From contig OZ246979.1 of the NCBI GenBank assembly GCA_965232545.1, forward strand, positions 5,811,287 to 5,875,286: a DNA stretch of 64,000 nt, read 5' to 3'. Under the pieces are notes generated by a model that saw only the letters and a program-made list of their open reading frames with translations, had not been told where the DNA came from and did not search any database. The DNA comes from Candidatus Poribacteria bacterium. GTDB taxonomy: Bacteria; Poribacteria; WGA-4E; WGA-3G. The position numbers and the translations under genes were made by a program. Shown one piece after another: positions 56,418 through 64,000 of the stretch (its first letter is position 1; the number at the start of each line of letters is the position of its first letter).

Positions 56418-57780
56418 TGTCACTTACCCCCATTTTTTTCTGAAGGTATGTGTTAAAAGGTTTTTGTTGTTAAAAGTGTGAGAAACTCAGTAGGTTTATG
56501 ATAAAATACCTCCTTACAGCGAAGGTTTGTAAACGGAGTTCACAAAACATGTAAGGAGGTATTTTATGAAAAAGACGTACCCGAAACGGGTAAATCCGGA
56601 ACCCATGCTAACACGTTTTGCGGAAATATGCAAGTCTGTTGCTATGAAAAAACCGATGTTCCGCAACTTCTGCTTCGTCTTGGTCGCGATAAGTGTTGCG
56701 AGAACGTTTCGGATCCATGAGATTGCGTCGCGCTTGCCGATTGTTGTTGCCCGGGAGAAGTCGAAAGAGAAAAGGTTTCTGCGGTTGCTTGAAACCCCGC
56801 TGCCTCTTGATGCGCTCAAAGGTGCTTGGTTTGTATCGGTTGTCGGTTGGTTTTCCAAGAGTGCTAACGATCATCTGTATTTGCTTGTTGATGAGACGGA
56901 TCTGATTGCGGGGTGGAAAGCTTTGGTTGTTGCGATCCCCTTTCGACATCGTGCGATTCCTGTGTTCTCCTTTATCTATAGCGATGTCCAGATCCGCGAG
57001 GGTATCTATAAGAGTCATAACGAGATCATCCGATACTTCTGTGGCTATGTTTACCAAGAGGCTTTAGGCATTGTGTCGAAACACGACCAACGTCCGGTTC
57101 TGGTCTTTGATCGGGGTTTTGCGCGTGCGCGATACGTCATCAAGTTTCTCAAGGCGCGGGATATCCTATTTGTGATGCGTGTGCCGAGGCATGTCAGTAT
57201 TACGCTTGATGGAAGTCTGAAGAAGCTTGATGACCTCGACGTTGGCTGGTATCCGCATATCCTGTATCAGGCGCACGAACAGATACCGCTGCAACTTTAT
57301 ATTATCAGAGACGCAGGCTTCAAAGACCCGATGTATCTGATTTCAAATCGTCTCAGTGGACATCAGATACATCACTGCTATAAACGCCGCATGCAGATTG
57401 AACACGGGTTCCGAGATATAAAGTCGTGCTTCGGATTTAGAAAACTCGTCTTGAAAAAACCGACACAAGTCCGTCTTGATGTCCTGTGGTTGTCTGCCTG
57501 CCTCTCTTATGGATTGCTTTTTATCAGTTATGAGAAGGTTGCCTCTACACATTGGGAGAAAGCCTACAACAGTAATAACAGAAAAAGTTTTTCTGTTATT
57601 ACTGTTATCAAAAACGTTCTCACGGACTTATGGAACCAACACTTTCTTCTCTCCTTTTTCACGCAGATACATCCGAGGGGGGATCCGCTTTCGCAGGCAC
57701 TTGCCAACTAACTTTCTCACACACAAACCTCACGGTATCAACCACAATCTACCCTCGAAAAAAAATGGGGGTAAGTGACA
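56418..57780 (+). mobile_element. IS4-family insertion sequence
   Basis: TIR TGTCACTTACCCCCATTTTTTT at both ends; target duplication TGGTTAAT (56410-56417 / 57781-57788; 10 bp if the ends are GTCAC). Confidence 0.9.
56566..57711 (+). CDS. IS4-family DDE transposase
   Basis: LVDETD, FDRGF, YKRRMQIEHGFRDIK (Y-x2-R-x3-E-x6-K). Confidence 0.88.
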   Translation: MKKTYPKRVNPEPMLTRFAEICKSVAMKKPMFRNFCFVLVAISVARTFRIHEIASRLPIVVAREKSKEKRFLRLLETPLPLDALKGAWFVSVVGWFSKSANDHLYLLVDETDLIAGWKALVVAIPFRHRAIPVFSFIYSDVQIREGIYKSHNEIIRYFCGYVYQEALGIVSKHDQRPVLVFDRGFARARYVIKFLKARDILFVMRVPRHVSITLDGSLKKLDDLDVGWYPHILYQAHEQIPLQLYIIRDAGFKDPMYLISNRLSGHQIHHCYKRRMQIEHGFRDIKSCFGFRKLVLKKPTQVRLDVLWLSACLSYGLLFISYEKVASTHWEKAYNSNNRKSFSVITVIKNVLTDLWNQHFLLSFFTQIHPRGDPLSQALAN

Positions 57781-57876
57781 TGGTTAATTTGCTTGAAAAA
57801 AGGCTTAGAATTTGCTAAGATAATGCCTATTAGATCCGCGAAACAATCTATAACGGATGGTAAACGCACGAGAAAT

Positions 57877-58083
57877 GTCAATAACCCCCGAATAAATTCG
57901 GGGGACCTGTGTGAAGCGTATACCAAACGTCCACTCCACAAGTTAAACTATTTTCTACAGTAATATATCGTAATATCTGTGGTGGTTCACAAAAGTATTT
58001 AGGATACTCCCCTCGTCCTATATCAATGCCGATATTACGATCTGGAAGGGGCAATATACAACCCGAAAGGGAGATTACAAACT
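57877..58083 (+). ncRNA. omega-RNA (HEARO-like) scaffold
   Basis: 11-bp long-range stem 57967-57977/58031-58041; TAGGA-tactcccctcg-TCCTA hairpin whose loop complements ggaagggg (58044-58051); terminal CCC-GAAA-GGG hairpin just before the ATG. Confidence 0.7.
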
Positions 58084-58258
58084 ATGTTTGTTCCGGTGAC
58101 GAGTCAAACAGGTCAGAAGTTGATGCCTACGCGTGCGAATAAGGCGGGCATGCTGATTAAGAAAGGTTTAGCCACGCCTTGTACTGCCTACGGTTTTTTA
58201 GGCCACTCCCTAAAACAAGATTGTGCTATAATACAATCTCACTGAAAGGAGTTATCTA

Positions 58259-58546
58259 ATGGCCAAACGAAGGAAATTCACCTCCGAGTTTAAGACGGAA
58301 CTCGTTCTGGAGGTTCTTAGCGGTGCGACTTCTCAAGCAGAAGTGTGTCGGCGTCATAATCTCAATGAGGACCAACTCTCAAAATGGAAGCAGCAGTTTC
58401 TTGAAAAAGCCCCCTCGCTGTTTGATTCTACTGATAAACCGTCCAGCGAGGTCTCCGAGAAGCGTATCACTCACCTTGAGCATCTCGTTGGGAGAATGGC
58501 CGTGGCGTTAGACATCCAAAAAAAACTATTGACAGGGTTGGACTAA
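58259..58546 (+). CDS. IS3 transposase OrfA (HTH)
   Basis: RRKFTSEFKTELVLEV...VCRRHNL...LSKWK; A8C slippery site near the 3' end. Confidence 0.88.
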   Translation: MAKRRKFTSEFKTELVLEVLSGATSQAEVCRRHNLNEDQLSKWKQQFLEKAPSLFDSTDKPSSEVSEKRITHLEHLVGRMAVALDIQKKLLTGLD

Positions 58547-58548
58547 CG

Positions 58549-59385
58549 TTGTCTGAAAAGCGATGCTTCATTTCGGCATTGCAAAAGGAGCATTCCGTGC
58601 GAGATATTTGTGGCATCCTCGGTGTCAACCGGGGTAGTTTCTATTATCACCGCCAAGAGGATCCGTCCGAAGCGGTCCTGCGATCAGAAATAGAGAAACT
58701 TGCCGGACAGTATCCGAGATACGGGTATAGGCGTATCACGCAGTTGCTACAGCGTCAGGGATACACCGTTGGGACCCGACGCGTCGCTGGGTTGATGAAA
58801 GAAATGAATCTCTTGGTCTCCGTCAAGCGGGTTTCCGGTCACACCACAAAATCGCTTCAGGGGGAGAAACCCTGGACCAACCGGCTCGAAACCCTTGAGG
58901 TCTCTCGTCAGGATCAGGTCTGGGTTTCCGATATTACCTATGTGCGTCTCAAGGGACGCTTCATCTATCTCTGCCTGCTCATGGATGTTTTCACCCGGAT
59001 GATCAGAGCTTGGCAACTCAGTCAGCACTTGACACAATCTCTGACGCTCAAACCGCTGAAAGAAGCATTGGACCACAGCGTCCCGGAGATTCATCATTCC
59101 GATCAAGGCGTGCAGTATCTTTCAAAGGTCTATGTTACCACGCTCGAAGCACATGGCATTGAGATTTCTGTCGCTCAGCGAGGACGCCCTTGGGAGAACG
59201 GGTATGCCGAAAGACTCATCCGAACCCTCAAGGAGGAAGAAGTCCACCTCAATGACTATCAAAGCATTACCGAGGCGAGAGATCGCATCGGACAGTTTAT
59301 CGAACAAGTATATCACCAGAAACGCCCACATTCGGCGTTAGGATATTTGACACCTATGGAATTTCAGCGAAAAACCTTGTCTTAA
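58549..59385 (+). CDS. IS3 transposase OrfB (rve integrase core)
   Basis: YGYRRI, WVSDITY, HHSDQGVQY, ENGYAERLIRTLKEE. Confidence 0.9.
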   Translation: MSEKRCFISALQKEHSVRDICGILGVNRGSFYYHRQEDPSEAVLRSEIEKLAGQYPRYGYRRITQLLQRQGYTVGTRRVAGLMKEMNLLVSVKRVSGHTTKSLQGEKPWTNRLETLEVSRQDQVWVSDITYVRLKGRFIYLCLLMDVFTRMIRAWQLSQHLTQSLTLKPLKEALDHSVPEIHHSDQGVQYLSKVYVTTLEAHGIEISVAQRGRPWENGYAERLIRTLKEEEVHLNDYQSITEARDRIGQFIEQVYHQKRPHSALGYLTPMEFQRKTLS

Positions 59386-60393
59386 CTTTGCGAAATTGTG
59401 GCCCAAATAAGCGTATGCACTTCACCTTATTGGTCTAATGGTATATTCTGTATCAGACTTAACTATGCGACCGAAGACGCATACACGCAAGATATAGTCG
59501 TTGGTGTAGACCCCGGTAGTAAGAAAGAAGGCTTTACCGTCAAATCAGAGGCACACACTTATTTGAATGTGCAAGCAGACGCTCACAGCAAGGTTGGCAA
59601 GAAAGTTGAAAAGCGTCGTGAGTTGCGGAGAGGTCGAAGGTCTCGTAAATGTCCGAATCGAAAACAGAAAAAGCACAATCTATCTAATAGAGAACGTGTC
59701 CCCGCAGGCACGCGTGCGAGATGGGACTGGAAACTTCGGATATTGGATGGGTTGTCCAAACTGTATCCGGTTACACACGTATGTGTTGAGGATATTAAGG
59801 CACGCACTATAAAACGTGCGAAGAGGTGGAATCAATCGTTTAGCCCCCTTGAAGTCGGTAAAAAATGGTTCTATACCGAAATTCGTAAACGGTGGGAACT
59901 GTTAACTTTACAAGGTTGGGAGACGAAAGAAATACGAGATAGGTTAGGTCTTAAGAAGTCCTCAAAGAAGTTAGCAGAAACCTTTGACGCTCATTGTGTA
60001 GATAGTTGGTGCTTGGCGTATCACACGGTTGGGGGTTCGGGTGTCCCTGATAACACAGACTTACTGTGTGTTTCACCGATACCGATAAAGCGAAGAGAGC
60101 TCCATAGACAACAGGAAGCGAAAGGTGGTAAACGCACACGGGTGGGTGGCACTGTATTAGGTCAAGGAAACCTTGTGAAAAATACATTGATTCAGCATGT
60201 CAAATACGGTCTAACACGACTTGCTGGTGTTAACGCAAAGGGTTTGTTTTCGATATACAGTATGGAAAACAAACGATTAACCACAGGGGCGAAGAGGTCT
60301 GATTTTAGAGTGCTCACACGCCTGAACTTTTACTATAGGAGCGGTGTTTCCTCCCCTGAATGAATTCAGGGGTTTCCACACCGAAAATAAGAG

Positions 60394-61566
60394 ATGAGAA
60401 TTCTACACACCGCCGATTGGCACATCGGACAAAAACTCCACGAACGCTCACGACTTGACGAACACAAACAATTCTTGGACTGGCTCCTTGAGACAATCCA
60501 AGCGCGTAAGGTTGAACTCCTCCTCGTTTCAGGTGATATCTTTGATACAGCCCTCCCCTCATCGGACTCGACGAACCTCTATTACCAATTCCTCTATCGT
60601 CTTTATGATAAAACGGATGCATACGCGGTAATTACCGCAGGCAATCACGATTCACCCCGACACTTGGAAGCCCCACGAGAGTTCCTTGAGATGGGCAGAA
60701 TTTACGTCGTCGGACTTACGGATGAACCCGCCAAATGTGTCTTCACCTTCCCGCGTAACAATCCACGGGTTGCTGTTGCTGCTGTTCCATTCCTCTCAGA
60801 AAGCGATCTCCGACACCTTTCGTATGAGACGGAGGCAGATCGAAGTGAACGCTATCGTGAACGGTTCAAAGCGTTCTATGCCGATTGCGTTGCTGCCATG
60901 CCAGCGGATCTCCCCAAAATTTTAATGGGACATCTCTTCGTTCAAGGCGGAAAAATAAGCAATTCCGAGCGGAATGTCCAGATTGGCGGAGCGACCGCTA
61001 CACATGCTGGCGATTTCCCTAAAGATGTCAGTTATGTTGCCCTCGGACATCTCCACAGACCGCAAACAATCAGCGGTGCTGATTATCCTGTCCGGTATTC
61101 TGGTTCACCGATCCCGCTGAGGTTCAACGAAGCCGATTATCGTAAAAAGATGTATCTGCTGGAATTGGTTGACGACGACACGCTCATCCGTGATGAGGAA
61201 ATTGAGATACCCGTCTTTAAAGAATTATGTACCGTTGAAGGTGATGAAGCATCGGTAACATCAGACGCTATGGCTGGGGACTGGAACGGTAAGTATATCC
61301 AAGTCAAACTGCAATTAAATTCCCCAGCAGTCGGCATCGGCGATAAAATTCGGCAAGCATTCAGCGATCGTGGTGGCGATGTTTTAAGCGTTGAACTTGA
61401 ACAGCCGGAGGCGAAGGAAGGACCGAAAATCTCCGTTGAAGACATGAAGCGTCCTGAAGAAATTTTCGAGCAGTTTCATAGAAAAAAATTTGATGGCGAA
61501 CCCCCCGACGACATTTTGATGCAAACATTTAAAGAATTAGTTCAGATGGTTGAGGACTCCGAATGA
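60394..61566 (+). CDS. sbcD: exonuclease SbcCD subunit D
   Basis: LHTADWHIG, VSGDIFD, AGNHDS, LMGHLF, ALGHLHRPQ, YSGSP. Confidence 0.93.
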   Translation: MRILHTADWHIGQKLHERSRLDEHKQFLDWLLETIQARKVELLLVSGDIFDTALPSSDSTNLYYQFLYRLYDKTDAYAVITAGNHDSPRHLEAPREFLEMGRIYVVGLTDEPAKCVFTFPRNNPRVAVAAVPFLSESDLRHLSYETEADRSERYRERFKAFYADCVAAMPADLPKILMGHLFVQGGKISNSERNVQIGGATATHAGDFPKDVSYVALGHLHRPQTISGADYPVRYSGSPIPLRFNEADYRKKMYLLELVDDDTLIRDEEIEIPVFKELCTVEGDEASVTSDAMAGDWNGKYIQVKLQLNSPAVGIGDKIRQAFSDRGGDVLSVELEQPEAKEGPKISVEDMKRPEEIFEQFHRKKFDGEPPDDILMQTFKELVQMVEDSE

Positions 61567-64000
61567 AAATTTGTAAATTGAAACTTAAGAACCTAAATAG
61601 CTTTCGTGAGCCGGTTGAGATCGATTTTGAAAAGTCTCCGTTGGATGATGCGTCTCTCGTGGCAATTACCGGTCCGACAGGTGCTGGGAAGACGACGTTA
61701 TTAGATGCGATTTGTATCGCACTCTACGGGAAAACCCCGCGTTTGACCGGACAAGGCAGCCAAAATCCAAAGCACCTTATCAGTCATGGCGAAAAAGAGG
61801 GATTCGCTGAAGTACATTTTATTGCAAACGGCACCCGTTATCTGGCGACTTGGTCTGCTAAACAATCGGGTTCTCCGAGGGTGCAGTTGCGTTATGCGGA
61901 CGGTGAGAAATTAATCACTGATAAATTGCAGAAGGGTAAATCTCTCGGTTCGAGCCAAAACACAGTGAGTGAAGAGGTAAAATCCATTTTAGGTATCGAT
62001 TTTGATGCCTTCACACGTTCCATCATGTTAGCACAAGGCGAGTTCGCGGCATTCTTGAAGGCAGATAAGGAAGACAGACGTGATATTTTGGAAGCAACTG
62101 CCGGTGTACACATCTATGATATACTCGGAGCAGCATTGAACCGCAAAGTAGCAGAGGTGAAGGCTGCTTATGATGCGGTAATTGACGAACTGAAGGGAAT
62201 TCCAGAAGCTTCTCACGAGCAACTCAAGAATGCCGAGTCAGAACATGACAGATTACACACAGAAGTAGAAACGTTAGGTGAAAAGAATCAGCACATTCAG
62301 GGACAAAAGGAGCGGGAGAGCAAACGTAAAGAAGAATTTGAGGAACTACAGTCCTCGAAAGAACGGCGAGCAGAACTATTAGCGCAACGGCCGGAGATTG
62401 ATGCGCTTCAGGTAGAACTCGAAAACGCGAATCGTGCCCAACGTCTCCTTCCAGATAAACGGGAATTTGATACTGCACAATCGGAATATGATAACTATGA
62501 GGAAGAATTCCGTAACGCGACAATTGAGAAAGGGAAGGCAGAAGCACAAGTTGAAGATCATAAAACCATCTATGACAAGAAAAAGACTGCATATCAAACT
62601 GCGTCTGAAGAACGAGATCAAAAGATGCCGATTTACACTGCAGCAAAGTCTGATGTAGAACGAGCAGCGGAACGATTTTCTGAAGCGGATAAGCGGACAC
62701 CAGAATTGATAGATGTAAATAATCAGATGGATGCACTGGAAAACCAATTAACGGATAGACATACGCAGCAGACTGATTTGCAGACACAGATTGATGACGC
62801 ACAGCGTTTTTTGGAAAATAATCGACTTCCATCAAATCGACAGCAACGTCTCACCCGAACCACCCGTCTTTTGGATCAACTCAAATCTCAAGAAAAGCGG
62901 TTGCAAACGGAGTTGACAAATAGTGCGAGTGCTGAAAAGAAAGTATCCTCGTTAAGAAAGGAAATTGAGAAATTATCTAAAACTCAGGAAGAACATCTTT
63001 CGGAAAAAGCAGCGGCGGAGACAACGTTAGCAGATGCTATGACGCAATTGAATGAACTACTGACTACCGGTACTCACGAGGAATGGGCAGATCGAAAACA
63101 GCAGGCATCTAAGGCACAACCGATCGCACAAGAATATGAGACGAAACAAGACGATTTGGCGGATACCAAAAACCAACTGAACGACTTAAGTGAGACTGTA
63201 GGGACACTGGAGGCTGCACTTGAACAACTCGAAACCGATTTAGCGAGCCAAACCGAAGTGTGTCAGCTTGCAGAAAAAGCCGTTCAAGAGTGCATACAAA
63301 AGCGGGAATCCCTGCTTTTAGCGAATCCAATCAATCAACTCCGACAGCATCTCCACTCCGGAGAGCCGTGTTTGGTGTGTGGTGCAACAGAACATCCATA
63401 CGCCCAGGTTGTCGAACCAGAAAGTGAGGAATTACTACAGAATGCCGAAAATGCTTTAGTCGCTACGAAAGCCGAGTCAGACGCAGCACAAACAGAACTA
63501 CAAACCCTGAAAACGAAGCAGATTCAGACCAGACAGAATAAAAACAACACTGCCGATCAGATTGAGACATGTACAGCAGAGATAGAGACGCTGCAGGAGG
63601 ATACAGCGAAACTTCTCACTGAATGGCAGGCGATTTATCCGGACGCTGATGTTTCGTCAGCGTGGGTATCCGAACAGTTTGGCATTGCGGATACAGTTAT
63701 CACAGACATTACAGAAGCCAAACAAACGTACACACAAGCAGACAATTCTCTTCAGATAGTGTCGCAGCAACTCGAAACTTGTGAGAACGACATCACTCGC
63801 GAGACGAATGCTTTGAACGATACTCAAACACAACTCGAAGGCCTGAACAATACGATTGTGGATTTGCAAGCGGATATTAAGGCTACAGAAACGCGTTTCT
63901 GGGAATCTATGCCTGATACCTTTCACGGCGTTTCACCGAAGGAGGCAGTAGATCAATTTGAAGATAAGATTGAAACGGTGGCATCGCGTGAAGCTGAACT
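61563..64000 (+). CDS. sbcC: exonuclease SbcCD subunit C (3' partial)
   Basis: ATGA overlap with sbcD; MKICKLKLKNLNSF...ITGPTGAGKTTLLDAICIALYG; long coiled coil runs off the window end. Confidence 0.9.
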   Translation, partial: MKICKLKLKNLNSFREPVEIDFEKSPLDDASLVAITGPTGAGKTTLLDAICIALYGKTPRLTGQGSQNPKHLISHGEKEGFAEVHFIANGTRYLATWSAKQSGSPRVQLRYADGEKLITDKLQKGKSLGSSQNTVSEEVKSILGIDFDAFTRSIMLAQGEFAAFLKADKEDRRDILEATAGVHIYDILGAALNRKVAEVKAAYDAVIDELKGIPEASHEQLKNAESEHDRLHTEVETLGEKNQHIQGQKERESKRKEEFEELQSSKERRAELLAQRPEIDALQVELENANRAQRLLPDKREFDTAQSEYDNYEEEFRNATIEKGKAEAQVEDHKTIYDKKKTAYQTASEERDQKMPIYTAAKSDVERAAERFSEADKRTPELIDVNNQMDALENQLTDRHTQQTDLQTQIDDAQRFLENNRLPSNRQQRLTRTTRLLDQLKSQEKRLQTELTNSASAEKKVSSLRKEIEKLSKTQEEHLSEKAAAETTLADAMTQLNELLTTGTHEEWADRKQQASKAQPIAQEYETKQDDLADTKNQLNDLSETVGTLEAALEQLETDLASQTEVCQLAEKAVQECIQKRESLLLANPINQLRQHLHSGEPCLVCGATEHPYAQVVEPESEELLQNAENALVATKAESDAAQTELQTLKTKQIQTRQNKNNTADQIETCTAEIETLQEDTAKLLTEWQAIYPDADVSSAWVSEQFGIADTVITDITEAKQTYTQADNSLQIVSQQLETCENDITRETNALNDTQTQLEGLNNTIVDLQADIKATETRFWESMPDTFHGVSPKEAVDQFEDKIETVASREAE

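Larger units (their letters stand above)
58180..59424 (+). mobile_element. IS3-family insertion sequence
   Basis: TG...CA ends, 27-bp imperfect TIR (21/27 matches), 3-bp CCT duplication, orfA/orfB. Confidence 0.92.
58084..60363 (+). pseudogene. isrB: IsrB RNA-guided nickase gene interrupted by IS3 (343 aa when reconstructed)
   Basis: 58084-58179 MFVPV...KLMPT...GLATP joins in frame to 59428-60363 YWSNG...VGVDPG (RuvC-I), RRELRRGRRSR (bridge helix), CVEDI (RuvC-II), DAHCVDSW (RuvC-III); no HNH. Confidence 0.8.
57877..60393 (+). mobile_element. non-autonomous IS200/IS605-like OMEGA element carrying isrB
   Basis: GTCAATAA then hairpin CCCCCGAAT-AA-ATTCGGGGG (57885-57904); matching hairpin CCCCTGAAT-GA-ATTCAGGGG (60353-60372); right boundary uncertain (about 60386-60393). 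Confidence 0.75.

Noticed and set aside
59398-60363. ORF-track start at 59398 (MAQISVCTSP...) as a stand-alone protein
   Set aside because: The first ten codons come from the IS3 right end and the duplicated target; the true N-terminus is at 58084.
58084-60363. IscB or Cas9 assignment
   Set aside because: No HNH motif between the RuvC segments, only 343 aa, and no CRISPR array; fits IsrB.
1-64000. tRNA, rRNA, prophage or integrase genes
   Set aside because: No cloverleaf or T-loop signatures, rRNA-like tracts, phage structural genes or tyrosine/serine integrases recognised.

Overview
A 64 kb, mid-GC bacterial chromosomal window with no rRNA, tRNA or CRISPR-cas that I can see. Three traits suggest Candidatus Poribacteria (inference): secreted proteins ending in a V-D-P-x-G-K-L-x-x-(T/S)-W-G-x-x-K motif, several PhyH-like dioxygenases and Gfo/Idh/MocA oxidoreductases, and LamG/FG-GAP proteins. 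Housekeeping or metabolic genes include korAB, aroQ, a thiN-like gene, a DegT aminotransferase, threonine dehydratase, an M55 peptidase and sbcDC (sbcC runs off the end). Main points of interest: (1) An IS200/IS605-like OMEGA element sits directly in front of sbcD. It has an omega-RNA-like leader and an HNH-less IsrB gene; removing a nested IS3 element (3-bp CCT duplication) restores a 343-aa ORF. An IS4-family element lies about 100 bp upstream. (2) A candidate ECF-sigma export regulon: one promoter motif precedes an ECF sigma fused to a winged-helix domain, a truncated sigma copy plus two ABC permeases, and a tandem ABC exporter pair 16 kb away. (3) An orphan tailoring-enzyme cluster (Fe-ADH, PQQ-like propeller, HemN-like radical SAM, CoA ligase, flavin halogenase-like enzyme, TAXI binding protein) interrupted by a cassette of small TA-like and aspartic-protease genes. 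(4) A TetR gene and two duplicated FG-GAP protein genes, each carrying its own copy of the operator. (5) Several REP/MITE families, a 29-bp gene-end duplication, and a decaying island (vapBC-like pair, GxxExxY remnant, FRG-TPR pseudogene). All family assignments come from motif recognition by eye; no searches were run.
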